Sequence record: MH791411.1
Source: Escherichia phage Ecwhy_1
Length of the DNA: 64,000 nucleotides
Strand: one strand, 5' to 3'
Below are positions 20,325-29,878 of the stretch, one piece after another. The position numbers and the translations under genes were made by a program. Every line of letters starts with the position of its first letter. Within the stretch, counting starts at the first letter, position 1. The notes below the pieces were generated by a model that was not told where the DNA came from, ran no database searches, and saw only the letters and a list, made by a program, of their open reading frames with translations.

Positions 20325-20822
20325 TTACGATACAGGCATGTTTATTTGAATTTCATTGTACAAATCATCAATATATAGACATGAAAACGATAAACTTTCT
20401 TTAACTATATTGTTGTGATAAAGCATTTTAAATGCAATATAGAAAAATAAATCAATATCATCATGTACTAAATTCTGCTGGAACCACCACTCTTCTGTTA
20501 AATCTTGTGCATTAAAATCATCAGGAACTACAATTGACGACATATCAGCATCTTCTTTGTACTCAAACCACATGTCGTCATTTGGATAACGTTCATGCTT
20601 CTCTGGGTAACAATTGCTGGGATTAAATGCTAAAATATAAAATGCCGTCGCAGAATGTTCTTTATTATAAAATGAATTATTCCACACCTGATACCTTTCA
20701 CCAACATCAAACTCTTTTGATACTGATGTTATTGCACATAATGTACGATATATTGTTTCTATTTTGTGAACAAATTTAAAGGCTGCATCTAAACTGAACT
20801 CTAAATCAGACATGCGGTGCAT
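20325..20822 (-). CDS. Fam-A paralog
   Basis: core EEWWFQQNLV. Confidence 0.55.
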   Translation of the reverse strand: MHRMSDLEFSLDAAFKFVHKIETIYRTLCAITSVSKEFDVGERYQVWNNSFYNKEHSATAFYILAFNPSNCYPEKHERYPNDDMWFEYKEDADMSSIVVPDDFNAQDLTEEWWFQQNLVHDDIDLFFYIAFKMLYHNNIVKESLSFSCLYIDDLYNEIQINMPVS

Positions 20823-21142
20823 AAAATTACCTCAACTAAAATAAGAACGGTATTGAATTCGATGCAACCTTTGATACCTTGATTGTACATGTACTTTGCT
20901 ACTACATATTTCTGTACTAAATTATAATTATTAAATTCCTCAAAATTGTAATTTAGAATGAAATTTGTACTCAAAAATAACTTATGCATCTCTAATGCAC
21001 TCTGATAATATTTGTACAACTCTCTGATATCAATACTTTGTAAATCACTTTGTTCATATCTATGATAAGGAATGGCTTCAATTTCAATACTATAAAACCA
21101 TTCTCTTAACTTCTTAATATCAAATGTATTATTCAGCTTCAT
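20801..21142 (-). CDS. hypothetical protein
   Basis: ORF in gene train, no family motif. Confidence 0.4.
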   Translation of the reverse strand: MKLNNTFDIKKLREWFYSIEIEAIPYHRYEQSDLQSIDIRELYKYYQSALEMHKLFLSTNFILNYNFEEFNNYNLVQKYVVAKYMYNQGIKGCIEFNTVLILVEVILCTACLI

Positions 21143-21698
21143 AACTCAATACCTCCATTAAGCACTCATAAACACCATCAATCGCATAAGCACAAAAACT
21201 GAAATTAATTTTGTTATTCTTGTGTAATGGACTATTGTATACTGTACTCAACATAACACTATAAAACAAAGAACGTTCATGTGTAAATAATGATTCCTGA
21301 AAAAATGCTTCCTCTGATTTAATTTTATTATATTCAATCGATTGATCATTAGAATAAAATGAATCTTGATTTGAATTGTACCATGTGTAATCCAAATCAT
21401 TCTTTGATATAACTGGTGTTGGATTAAACTGTAAAAGACTAATAACACTACGGGCATTTGGGGTATCAGGTGTATTGAATCGTTTGTCAAAATAACTTGT
21501 GCACGCAATATGTGAATCAAAATCAGATGGTTTAAACCCCATGAATGCGTTAATGATTCTTGTATATGGTTTTTTATTATGTGCTGCTTTCTGTACATTA
21601 TATAAGGCTGCAACAATACAAGCTAACTTTTGTCCCATTAGGATTGCATTAGCGTAGGTGTACTGAATTTCATTGCTGGTACGGTACTTCGAGATCAT
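21129..21698 (-). CDS. Fam-A paralog
   Basis: core EEAFFQESLF. Confidence 0.6.
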   Translation of the reverse strand: MISKYRTSNEIQYTYANAILMGQKLACIVAALYNVQKAAHNKKPYTRIINAFMGFKPSDFDSHIACTSYFDKRFNTPDTPNARSVISLLQFNPTPVISKNDLDYTWYNSNQDSFYSNDQSIEYNKIKSEEAFFQESLFTHERSLFYSVMLSTVYNSPLHKNNKINFSFCAYAIDGVYECLMEVLSYEAE

Positions 21699-22020
21699 GG
21701 AACAGCCTCACTTTGCCTAACTCGTCATTGGATATTAATTCGTTAACAGCTTTCTGTATATTCTTTAATAATAGCACATCAAATCCTTTTGTGTCAAGCA
21801 CACATTGCATTTGGAAGAATTCTTCTTCTGATAATGTATTAAAATCCACAAAATTGTCTAATATTACGTCATTATCCAAATGTGCCATGTACCATGTATT
21901 TCTTTCGGAGCGTTTGATAAAATTCCATCCATCTGGATAATCGGGTTCTAATTCTACATATATCCCTGATAATGTATAAAGCATTTTATACTTCATAACT
22001 ATTGTACTCATTGCTTTCAC
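21670..22020 (-). CDS. Fam-A paralog
   Basis: core EEEFFQMQCV; close paralog of next gene. Confidence 0.65.
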   Translation of the reverse strand: MKAMSTIVMKYKMLYTLSGIYVELEPDYPDGWNFIKRSERNTWYMAHLDNDVILDNFVDFNTLSEEEFFQMQCVLDTKGFDVLLLKNIQKAVNELISNDELGKVRLFHDLEVPYQQ

Positions 22021-22328
22021 TGTACGTCGATGTCATAATACGCTCCTACCTCATAATCTTTCTTGCTTTGGAATTCATTAACGGCTTTCTGTATATTTCT
22101 TAATGTTACCATGTCATGTCCGTACATGTCAACCACCAATTGCATTTGGAAAAATTCTTCTTCAGATAATGTATTAAAATCTATAAAATAATCCGTAACA
22201 ACCTGTGCGTCTAAATTTGCCATGTACCATTGATTGGTATCGACCTCTTTAACCAAATTCCATGCATCTGAATCGGATTCTAATTCTACATATATTAATG
22301 TTAATGTATACAGCATTTTATACTTCAT
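22017..22328 (-). CDS. Fam-A paralog
   Basis: core EEEFFQMQLV. Confidence 0.65.
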   Translation of the reverse strand: MKYKMLYTLTLIYVELESDSDAWNLVKEVDTNQWYMANLDAQVVTDYFIDFNTLSEEEFFQMQLVVDMYGHDMVTLRNIQKAVNEFQSKKDYEVGAYYDIDVQ

Positions 22329-22878
22329 AACTATATCCTTGCATTAAAAGATCATAAGCAATATCAACTAATTCTAAACGAATGAAAAATTTTAAATTAT
22401 CTTTCAATGGATTCAAATGCATTGTACTAAACAACATAAGATACTTCATTTGATTTGTATTGTATATTAGGGATGTCTGAAATACTTCTGCTTCATTGTA
22501 AGGATCAATGAATTTTATACCTTCTTCACTATAATCCGTTTTGGAATTCTGATATATAAAATAATCATCACCATAATTGTACCACAAATAACCTTCAAAA
22601 CTGGAATCAAATTCTGAATTTTCATTTCGCATTAAAGGTGATACTGAAATTGGATTTGAACCAACTGTTGCACAAACCTCAATGAAAGCATCTTCATTTC
22701 CCTTAACTTCTTCTTTGATTTTATCATTGTACTGTCCTGCAAAACCAGCTTTTACTTCCAAATATAAACTACTCCCAACTTTATTAATTCTTAAAAGGGA
22801 ACTCTGTACTGTATTCGCATTGTCCAGCACTAACGATATTGTGCAAATCTTATGTACCAATAACTCAATATCATTCAT
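22318..22878 (-). CDS. Fam-A paralog
   Basis: core EAEVFQTSLIY. Confidence 0.55.
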   Translation of the reverse strand: MNDIELLVHKICTISLVLDNANTVQSSLLRINKVGSSLYLEVKAGFAGQYNDKIKEEVKGNEDAFIEVCATVGSNPISVSPLMRNENSEFDSSFEGYLWYNYGDDYFIYQNSKTDYSEEGIKFIDPYNEAEVFQTSLIYNTNQMKYLMLFSTMHLNPLKDNLKFFIRLELVDIAYDLLMQGYSYEV

Positions 22879-22889
22879 ATTGGTATTCC

Positions 22890-23072
22890 TTAATTTGGTG
22901 GATTTGGATGTAATAACTGATCTATATAATTTAAATGTTCTATTGTAACTAATGAAAGATAATAATTGTAATTATCTATACCACCCTTTAAATGTATATT
23001 GTAATACATCTTGATACTTACTAATAAAGAATCATTTAAATCATTTATTGCTTTTGTATTAACGGTTTTCAT
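22890..23072 (-). CDS. hypothetical small protein
   Basis: 60-aa co-oriented ORF. Confidence 0.3.
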   Translation of the reverse strand: MKTVNTKAINDLNDSLLVSIKMYYNIHLKGGIDNYNYYLSLVTIEHLNYIDQLLHPNPPN

Positions 23073-23211
23073 TAATGTTCTTCTCTTAAAAAACGCTTAA
23101 TGGCACAATCTAAATAAAAATCATAATACATCATATCTCTATTCTTAACCCATACACAATAATCTGCATTAATATTTCTTAATAATATATTCATATTATA
23201 ATCTTCACACC

Positions 23212-23622
23212 CTAATCGTGCCATTTAATAGGATACTCCGTTCCATTTATTGTATAAGATATAATCCATCCGTAATGAATAGGATGATTTTTGTCTGAAA
23301 CAGGAATAAAATATAAAGATGTACTGGGGTTATAACTGAATAAATCGTTGTTACCAATTGTAAAATGTGATAACTCAATCTTCCTTGTACCTGTACTTGG
23401 ACGAAGAACATTCTTAACACCGAAGACTGTACCTTGATATTTCTCGGAAAATTCAAACAATGCATCTGCAATTAAATCACGAAACTCCGCATGTATGGTT
23501 TCAAAAAAATCTATATTACACGATGTTTTAATATCCTTGAACTCCTTATATAAAGAGCTTCTTGTATTCAAAAGAAATATTACTTTTTTAAGATCCTGAA
23601 CTATTTCTGGATTCATATTCAT
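23212..23622 (-). CDS. hypothetical protein
   Basis: 136-aa ORF, no family motif. Confidence 0.45.
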   Translation of the reverse strand: MNMNPEIVQDLKKVIFLLNTRSSLYKEFKDIKTSCNIDFFETIHAEFRDLIADALFEFSEKYQGTVFGVKNVLRPSTGTRKIELSHFTIGNNDLFSYNPSTSLYFIPVSDKNHPIHYGWIISYTINGTEYPIKWHD

Positions 23623-23872
23623 TTATCTCATTCTGTAACTTAAGCATCAAAATTTGCATATTAATTTTTTGTACAAGATGATTGAGAAATTTCTGTACTG
23701 TATCTTCTTGTTCTTTTGTACCAAGATAAAATAACATATTAAATTCAGATAATCTCAGAGCGAAATCTTCCTCTCCCCCTCGTAAACAAAAATCCCTGTA
23801 CTTTGAAGCATACAAATAAGCATCTATCTTTTTATACCTTTGGGTCTGCATTGTATCTCCTTTTTCATGCAC
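23588..23872 (-). CDS. Fam-B minigene (outlier)
   Basis: LGTKEQED core. Confidence 0.45.
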   Translation of the reverse strand: MHEKGDTMQTQRYKKIDAYLYASKYRDFCLRGGEEDFALRLSEFNMLFYLGTKEQEDTVQKFLNHLVQKINMQILMLKLQNEINEYESRNSSGS

Positions 23873-24036
23873 CTTATTAGATTATCAACGTATTGATCCT
23901 GTACTATTGTCCCTAGATAAAATGATACTTCGAACTCTGATAATTTTATATTGAAAGGATCTACATATACATCTTTAATAAACTCTTTGTACTTCAACAT
24001 ATATGCATTAGGTATATTCTTATATATCGATTTCAA
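23824..24036 (-). CDS. Fam-B minigene (outlier)
   Basis: LGTIVQDQ core. Confidence 0.45.
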   Translation of the reverse strand: MKSIYKNIPNAYMLKYKEFIKDVYVDPFNIKLSEFEVSFYLGTIVQDQYVDNLIRCMKKEIQCRPKGIKR

Positions 24037-24331
24037 TGATCCTCCCTGACATACCTTGTATTAGCTTATCATACATATCGAGCATCACTTTTTGAATACT
24101 AATTAATACTGGCATCGTGCAAATATCAATGTCGTATATTAAGCTGTACTGGAATAATTCCTCTTCCTGCATGTGTACTAAATTAGGTAAAAGATAATTG
24201 TCTGCCTCTTCATCCTGGTACTTGAAATGCATAACACCATCCTTTTTGTACAAAAGAATGTCAATATCACCTAACTCTTCTGCATAACCAAAAATACATA
24301 TACTCGATGTTTTTGCTATATTAAATTTCAT
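24020..24331 (-). CDS. Fam-A paralog
   Basis: core EEELFQYSLIY. Confidence 0.6.
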   Translation of the reverse strand: MKFNIAKTSSICIFGYAEELGDIDILLYKKDGVMHFKYQDEEADNYLLPNLVHMQEEELFQYSLIYDIDICTMPVLISIQKVMLDMYDKLIQGMSGRIIEIDI

Positions 24332-24340
24332 ATTCTTCTC

Positions 24341-24691
24341 TTATATGTAGAATTCACATACGCGTTGAACAAAATTCTTTGGAAGATGACAATGTGCAAT
24401 CATCTGCTTTTGTACTTCCTTCATGTCTTCGAATGTAAATCCTAAAGAATCATCATGTACTAACAAGTACTGAAACTCTTCTTCTTCAGAGATAGAACAT
24501 AAATTCGGTACTGAAATTGTTTTTGCTTTTCTTGCACCCAATTTCCAATGAAAAGAATTATTGCATTTTCTGTACTCAAATATCTTCAACCCAGAACCTG
24601 TATTAAAATCAGCTACTACAATGTAACATGAATTCTTACGTACAATACAATTGAACTTACGCATTATCTCCACCTCTCTCCGTCTGTACAA
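24341..24691 (-). CDS. Fam-A paralog
   Basis: core EEEEFQYLLV; likely starts at MRKFN (about 24664). Confidence 0.55.
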   Translation of the reverse strand: MYRRREVEIMRKFNCIVRKNSCYIVVADFNTGSGLKIFEYRKCNNSFHWKLGARKAKTISVPNLCSISEEEEFQYLLVHDDSLGFTFEDMKEVQKQMIAHCHLPKNFVQRVCEFYI

Positions 24692-24909
24692 GAGTACTGG
24701 TACGTTGTCGTTAGGGTAGGGACCATGTTGGTAATGGGCATATTATTAACAATAACGGTAACAGGCATAAGTATCGTCTCTACTCTACTCTGTCCTGTCC
24801 TTGTGCAATTCATCTTTTGCATTTCATCGGACTCCATGAAATACAATACAAATGGTGCAATCCCAAGAACAATACACAAGACGATAAGGAAATTTAAAAA
24901 ATTCAACAT
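24664..24909 (-). CDS. small membrane protein (N-terminal TM helix)
   Basis: hydrophobic MLNFLNFLIVLCIVLGIAPFVLYF; TTGACA-N17-TATAGT promoter upstream; stop overlaps downstream ATG. Confidence 0.45.
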   Translation of the reverse strand: MLNFLNFLIVLCIVLGIAPFVLYFMESDEMQKMNCTRTGQSRVETILMPVTVIVNNMPITNMVPTLTTTYQYSCTDGERWR

Positions 24910-24970
24910 AATTTTCTACCCTAATGATTAACGTACAGGTACTATATCAGTAATGAAAAGTACTGTCAAG

Positions 24971-25345
24971 CTAGTATTGCACTGTTCTAATGAAAGTACC
25001 TTTACTCATGGATTTAAGCTTATGAACCTCTTCCTGTATACCCTTGATTAACCCTAAAGGTATAGGTACATCATGTACTAAGCTGTACTGAAAGTATTCT
25101 TCTTCAGATAAAGTACTAACATCTGGAATACCAATTTTAGTTATATAATCTTGATGTGTTGACCAATAAATTATATCTTCAGTACTATTGTACTCCCCAT
25201 ATACTGAACAATATTGATGAATATCTTTCATGTATCCTTGAGCAATAAAGAACTTATCTACTGCATTACCAGCATTAATAGAATTCACTTCGATTGTCAC
25301 AGTACTTGAGCTTGTTTTTCCTTTACTATGCATATTAATCCCCAA
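24971..25345 (-). CDS. Fam-A paralog
   Basis: core EEEYFQYSLV. Confidence 0.6.
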   Translation of the reverse strand: MGINMHSKGKTSSSTVTIEVNSINAGNAVDKFFIAQGYMKDIHQYCSVYGEYNSTEDIIYWSTHQDYITKIGIPDVSTLSEEEYFQYSLVHDVPIPLGLIKGIQEEVHKLKSMSKGTFIRTVQY

Positions 25346-25521
25346 ATTAGATATCGAACACTATCAGCTTGATAGTTAGTTCCTACTGTGTGTTTTAATA
25401 TTAACTCATCTTTCAGTACTGAACATTCTGCATTAGATATAGGAAGAGAATTAATTCTTTGAATTTCTGGTCGCAAAATACCGCGAAGCTTGCGGTAATC
25501 TTCGTATGATAATATTTTCAT
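25297..25521 (-). CDS. Fam-B minigene
   Basis: VGTNYQAD core. Confidence 0.5.
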   Translation of the reverse strand: MKILSYEDYRKLRGILRPEIQRINSLPISNAECSVLKDELILKHTVGTNYQADSVRYLIWGLICIVKEKQAQVL

Positions 25522-25524
25522 TGT

Positions 25525-25866
25525 TTAGTACTCAACGATGTGTTCTTCATAACCATTAAACTCCGGTTTAGTTTCTTTCATTAGGACTACCATTTTATGT
25601 ACTAATGGCATAGGAAATTCTAAATCCCATACTAATGATTCTTGAAAGTATTCTTCTTCAGATAAAGTACTTAAATCTTTAATATCAACGTGCTTGTATA
25701 TTTTATTTTCGTAATTAAGAAATGATATATATAAATCATTAACATCAGAATCATAAGTAATTGTGAATGGCTTACCCTTGTAGTCCATTACATCTTTACA
25801 TAGACTGCATTTGATATATGTATGTTCTTCTGAACTGTATACATTGAGTTGTATATTAGTTTTCAT
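25525..25866 (-). CDS. Fam-A paralog
   Basis: core EEEYFQESLVW. Confidence 0.6.
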   Translation of the reverse strand: MKTNIQLNVYSSEEHTYIKCSLCKDVMDYKGKPFTITYDSDVNDLYISFLNYENKIYKHVDIKDLSTLSEEEYFQESLVWDLEFPMPLVHKMVVLMKETKPEFNGYEEHIVEY

Positions 25867-26140
25867 ATTTCTCTTTATTAGCTTGTTTAGATTGTGTGGT
25901 TTTATAGTGAATTAAATCTATTAATGTAATCAAGTACAACGTCAAATAGTACTCTTGTTGATCTGTACCTAATGATACAAAGAACTTGTGCTCATAGATT
26001 AAAACCTGTTTCTCATAACAAGAACACTTAATCCTATGTATAGGTTTCAGTAAATGTGAGTACTTATTAAATCTCATACCCATTTCTATTTCAGATAGTA
26101 CTTTCATATTAAACATGTACTCCATTAGCTGTAGCATCAC
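25856..26140 (-). CDS. Fam-B minigene
   Basis: array member, LGTDQQEY. Confidence 0.5.
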   Translation of the reverse strand: MMLQLMEYMFNMKVLSEIEMGMRFNKYSHLLKPIHRIKCSCYEKQVLIYEHKFFVSLGTDQQEYYLTLYLITLIDLIHYKTTQSKQANKEKYEN

Positions 26141-26330
26141 GTAAAGCTCTCAAATACTTCTGTACTGCTTGCTCTTGATGATCTGTACCTAAAAGTATAT
26201 ACATCCATAATTCACTGTAATGTACATCTTGTGTATAAGGGTTGTTGTAACTTTTTGATAATATAGCATCAAATTCAGATGCATGAACCCTTGCGAACTT
26301 AAGCATATCTTGTTGTGTTATGATTCTCAT
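26109..26330 (-). CDS. Fam-B minigene
   Basis: array member, LGTDHQEQ. Confidence 0.55.
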   Translation of the reverse strand: MRIITQQDMLKFARVHASEFDAILSKSYNNPYTQDVHYSELWMYILLGTDHQEQAVQKYLRALRDATANGVHV

Positions 26331-26542
26331 ATCTTTTCCTGTACTATCTGCATAAGAATCTCTATGTGTGAATTAACAGTTCTCTCTTGATGCTGTGTTC
26401 CTAAGAGTGTCAGTACTATCATATCTGAACGCAAAAGATTTTTTTCAAGTTCACTTATATCAGTTCTTGAATCAAGTGCCATATATTTGTGATTATTCTT
26501 CCTGAATAGTGCCAAGTACTCTTGATTTGATATTTCCTTCAT
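26327..26542 (-). CDS. Fam-B minigene
   Basis: array member, LGTQHQER. Confidence 0.55.
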   Translation of the reverse strand: MKEISNQEYLALFRKNNHKYMALDSRTDISELEKNLLRSDMIVLTLLGTQHQERTVNSHIEILMQIVQEKI

Positions 26543-26778
26543 AGTTTATCCCTGATGCCATTTAAAAGTGCTCTAATATGCTCCTGTACGAATTTGTACT
26601 GACTGTCTGTTCCTAGAGTGAGTAGTAATCTTAAATCTGAACTTTTGATATGATATTCTAAATCATTATTTGATTCTTGCATCAGTTTCTTAAAGGATGA
26701 GAAGTTTGCAGCCATTAGTTCAATGTATTCTGCTGTTCCTAGGGGTTTGTGTATTGGCTGTTTGTGCTGTCTGTGCAT
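26539..26778 (-). CDS. Fam-B minigene
   Basis: array member, LGTDSQYK. Confidence 0.55.
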   Translation of the reverse strand: MHRQHKQPIHKPLGTAEYIELMAANFSSFKKLMQESNNDLEYHIKSSDLRLLLTLGTDSQYKFVQEHIRALLNGIRDKL

Positions 26779-26990
26779 TTTAATTTTATTACCCTTTTGA
26801 GTGTATTAATGTAATTATACACATTGGCTTCTTGATAGTTTGTTCCTAGAGTAGCTTGAACGTAGATTTCATTTAACTTAATAATTTTATCAGTATCTGG
26901 AAGTTTTGATGTGTTAATGGCAAATAACTTCGAAAACAGTCCATTTATGATTGTTAGGTATTCTTCGTCGGTAATGATTCGCATTTGCAT
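26739..26990 (-). CDS. Fam-B minigene
   Basis: array member, LGTNYQEA; start likely internal. Confidence 0.55.
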   Translation of the reverse strand: MQMRIITDEEYLTIINGLFSKLFAINTSKLPDTDKIIKLNEIYVQATLGTNYQEANVYNYINTLKRVIKLKCTDSTNSQYTNP

Positions 26991-27196
26991 TGGATAAACC
27001 TTTTTAGTTCTTTGATGTAATCATTAATATTACATTCTTGATAGTTAGTCCCTAGGGTAGAATTAACATAGATTTCACTCATTAGAATATTTTTTTCTTC
27101 ATCAGGTAAATCTGTGGTCTTTGCTATATACAATTTTAGAATTAAACTACTTAATAGTTCGTGGTATTCACTTGGTGAAAGGATTTTCATTTGCAT
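26954..27196 (-). CDS. Fam-B minigene
   Basis: array member, LGTNYQEC. Confidence 0.55.
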   Translation of the reverse strand: MQMKILSPSEYHELLSSLILKLYIAKTTDLPDEEKNILMSEIYVNSTLGTNYQECNINDYIKELKRFIQCKCESLPTKNT

Positions 27197-27402
27197 GTTC
27201 TCAGTACAGATTCTTTAAGTTCATCGATGTAGTCCTCAACGAATTGCTCTTGGAAGTTAGTTCCAACATATAAAAGAACTCTTAAATCTGCTCTAAGTAA
27301 CTCTTTTTCATCCTCATCTATATCAGACAATGTTATGTTTAAGAATTTACTTGTATTAAAGATTAACAATTCTGTTTGTTCACTGTGGCTTAAAATTTTC
27401 AT
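27187..27402 (-). CDS. Fam-B minigene
   Basis: array member, VGTNFQEQ. Confidence 0.55.
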   Translation of the reverse strand: MKILSHSEQTELLIFNTSKFLNITLSDIDEDEKELLRADLRVLLYVGTNFQEQFVEDYIDELKESVLRTCK

Positions 27403-27610
27403 AATCTCTTTTTGCTTTCCTCGACAGTAGGTACAAATACGATTCTTCGTATTGTGCTTGGAAGTTTGTGTTTAAGAGTCGAAACAACTTCTGTTCTGCT
27501 AGAACGAGTTGCTTATCTTCATAACAACGGTAGCGTATCAACTTTTTGTATTCGATGTTGATTACATCCATTACTATAAGCCCATGTTCATCATCTGTCA
27601 AGTGCTTCAT
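27380..27610 (-). CDS. Fam-B minigene
   Basis: array member, LNTNFQAQ. Confidence 0.5.
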   Translation of the reverse strand: MKHLTDDEHGLIVMDVINIEYKKLIRYRCYEDKQLVLAEQKLFRLLNTNFQAQYEESYLYLLSRKAKRDYENFKPQ

Positions 27611-27848
27611 GCTTTTTTCTTTTCCTGATGTGTTTAGTTAAAAGGTATATTAGTTTTCTGATGTATTCTTCTTGATAGTTTGTTCCTAGGAGTGCCAGAA
27701 GTTTTGCTTCAACTAAAGCTAATTGACGTTCTTCAAATGTGTGTTCCAGTATGTACTTTGGGTTTGATTTTTTAGATATTGCACTATTAGTTTTCATTAC
27801 AATCTTATGATATTCATTAACTGTTAGGATTTTTAAATTCTTGAGCAT
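27591..27848 (-). CDS. Fam-B minigene
   Basis: array member, LGTNYQEE. Confidence 0.55.
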   Translation of the reverse strand: MLKNLKILTVNEYHKIVMKTNSAISKKSNPKYILEHTFEERQLALVEAKLLALLGTNYQEEYIRKLIYLLTKHIRKRKKHEALDR

Positions 27849-28074
27849 GTACCTTTTCCTTTATAGAGAATTTAAGATATCGAAGCATACTTTCAATGTA
27901 ATACTCTTGTCTGTCAGTGCCAAGAAAGTACATGAGTTGAATGTATAAAACTTCTGCACTCCTTTCGGCATGTGACTTGTTTGTGTCGTTTGGAAGTTGA
28001 TTTGTAAGTTTTCTGGATTTAATTAGTCGTTCTTTTAACTCATCGTCTGTTAAGTATTTCATTTCATTTTGCAT
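27817..28074 (-). CDS. Fam-B minigene
   Basis: array member, LGTDRQEY. Confidence 0.55.
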   Translation of the reverse strand: MQNEMKYLTDDELKERLIKSRKLTNQLPNDTNKSHAERSAEVLYIQLMYFLGTDRQEYYIESMLRYLKFSIKEKVHAQEFKNPNS

Positions 28075-28294
28075 TTACTTTTTCCTTAATACTCATTACA
28101 AGATGTTCAATCATATTTTGAACCATAAATTCTTGTTTATCAGTTCCAAGAACGTATGGTAGCTTCTGAAACAATACATTCGCAGACATTTCATATATTG
28201 ATTGATTTGGAACGAACTTAAGAGTAATGTTATTGGCTTTTAACATCTTCTCTTGAAATTCTTCATTCGTTAAGTATATCATTTCACTTTGCAT
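28064..28294 (-). CDS. Fam-B minigene
   Basis: array member, LGTDKQEF. Confidence 0.55.
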   Translation of the reverse strand: MQSEMIYLTNEEFQEKMLKANNITLKFVPNQSIYEMSANVLFQKLPYVLGTDKQEFMVQNMIEHLVMSIKEKVNAK

Positions 28295-28520
28295 TTACTT
28301 TTTCCATAATAGTAATTTTGAGATATTTAATTATACGTTCAATGTGATACTCTTGCCTATCAGTTCCAAGAATGTATGGTAATCTTTGGAATAAAACTTC
28401 TGCACTCCTTTCCGCTGGGGTTTGGTTTGGGTTGTGTGGAAGATATTTTGTAAGTTTTTTGGATTTATCTAGTCTTTCTGTTAACTCATCATGTGTTAAG
28501 TATATCATTTCATTTTGCAT
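28284..28520 (-). CDS. Fam-B minigene
   Basis: array member, LGTDRQEY. Confidence 0.55.
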   Translation of the reverse strand: MQNEMIYLTHDELTERLDKSKKLTKYLPHNPNQTPAERSAEVLFQRLPYILGTDRQEYHIERIIKYLKITIMEKVNAK

Positions 28521-28756
28521 TTAATGTTCCTTACGTAAATTGTCTGGATTAAACAATCAATCCAAGTTTGAATATATTGGTTTTGATACTGTGTGCCTAA
28601 GAGACTCTGCATTTTAAACTCTGCTTCAAGTTCATATCTCTTTTCTATAGAAAAGCTCAAATGACCATATTCTTTATCGTATCTTCTCAGTGCTTCCCCA
28701 ATTCTATCAAATCTTTCTGCTAATCTGATGTTATTCACAATATTCATCGCATTCAT
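28505..28756 (-). CDS. Fam-B minigene
   Basis: array member, LGTQYQNQ. Confidence 0.55.
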   Translation of the reverse strand: MNAMNIVNNIRLAERFDRIGEALRRYDKEYGHLSFSIEKRYELEAEFKMQSLLGTQYQNQYIQTWIDCLIQTIYVRNIKCKMK

Positions 28757-29031
28757 CGATCAGTACACCTCAGTGGTTGGGTCATTTGATGAAAGTACAG
28801 CTTACCTCTGATTTCCAGTAGTAACTCAGCAATTAAGCGATTTACTTCTGGCTCTTGATAGTTTGTTCCTAAGAATACACCCATCTTTAACTCACGCATC
28901 ATAATCATTTTCTTACTGTGTTGAATTTCTGGGTTGTGATAGATTGTATTACGTTTGTGCGTAATTTTTGTCATACGCTCGGTATATTCATCTTTACTTA
29001 AATTGATCATTTGCATGTTCATCAACCTCAC
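28753..29031 (-). CDS. Fam-B minigene
   Basis: array member, LGTNYQEP. Confidence 0.55.
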   Translation of the reverse strand: MRLMNMQMINLSKDEYTERMTKITHKRNTIYHNPEIQHSKKMIMMRELKMGVFLGTNYQEPEVNRLIAELLLEIRGKLYFHQMTQPLRCTDR

Positions 29032-29242
29032 ATTTATTTTCGATACAAATCATGAGTTCTCTAAGATAGTTTTTTACCTTACCTGCCTGATAGTTCGTCC
29101 CCAGGAAGTTGCATAACTCTGCTTCTATCATTTTGATTCTTCTGTTATCAGGTTTCAATTTTTTGTTATTGAAGATTTGAATCCTTATATCCCTTGATGC
29201 ATTTAAACGTTTTTGATATTCATGGAAAGATAAATTAATCAT
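28994..29242 (-). CDS. Fam-B minigene
   Basis: array member, LGTNYQAG. Confidence 0.55.
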   Translation of the reverse strand: MINLSFHEYQKRLNASRDIRIQIFNNKKLKPDNRRIKMIEAELCNFLGTNYQAGKVKNYLRELMICIENKCEVDEHANDQFK

Positions 29243-29457
29243 TTACTTTGTATCTCTCTCTTGAGGGCATCAATTAACAACAGTACAGCATTCTCTTGAT
29301 AGTTTGTTCCTAAGACTGAAAGCATCTTAATCTCATTTACTACGATCAACTTCTTTGAGCGTTCAATAATGTTACTATTATAAACGGCGTTACGTGCTGG
29401 ATAAGTTTTTGCAAGACGTTCATAATATTCATCTTTACTTAAATTAATCATTTGCAT
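29239..29457 (-). CDS. Fam-B minigene
   Basis: array member, LGTNYQEN. Confidence 0.55.
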   Translation of the reverse strand: MQMINLSKDEYYERLAKTYPARNAVYNSNIIERSKKLIVVNEIKMLSVLGTNYQENAVLLLIDALKREIQSK

Positions 29458-29666
29458 TTACTTTTGACCTCCTTGACTAATGCATCAACCCACATGTCTA
29501 TATACATTTGTTGATAGTTTGTCCCTATGAGTGCCCCTGCATAGAGTTCAGCTATCAATGCATGTTTTAGGTTGGCAGGGATGCTCTTATCAGATTGAAT
29601 CTTTACTCTTCTGTTGGCACATGTTTTCAGGAGTCTGATGTATTCAAAGCCTTGTAATTTTCTCAT
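29448..29666 (-). CDS. Fam-B minigene
   Basis: array member, IGTNYQQM. Confidence 0.55.
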   Translation of the reverse strand: MRKLQGFEYIRLLKTCANRRVKIQSDKSIPANLKHALIAELYAGALIGTNYQQMYIDMWVDALVKEVKSKCK

Positions 29667-29878
29667 TCTTTTGATATCACCTTGTTACGTAAGGCACTTA
29701 ACAATACGTCAGTGTAGATGTTTTGATAGTTTGTTCCTACGAATACACCCAACTTCATTTCAGCTATTATAACACATTTGTCCTCTTGTGCAATAGACTT
29801 GTCTAAAGAAATACTAACAACTTTCCTTCTTATAGCTTGTAACCTCCAATGATACTGAAACTCATTTAGGGTTATCAT
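29663..29878 (-). CDS. Fam-B minigene
   Basis: array member, VGTNYQNI. Confidence 0.55.
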   Translation of the reverse strand: MITLNEFQYHWRLQAIRRKVVSISLDKSIAQEDKCVIIAEMKLGVFVGTNYQNIYTDVLLSALRNKVISKE

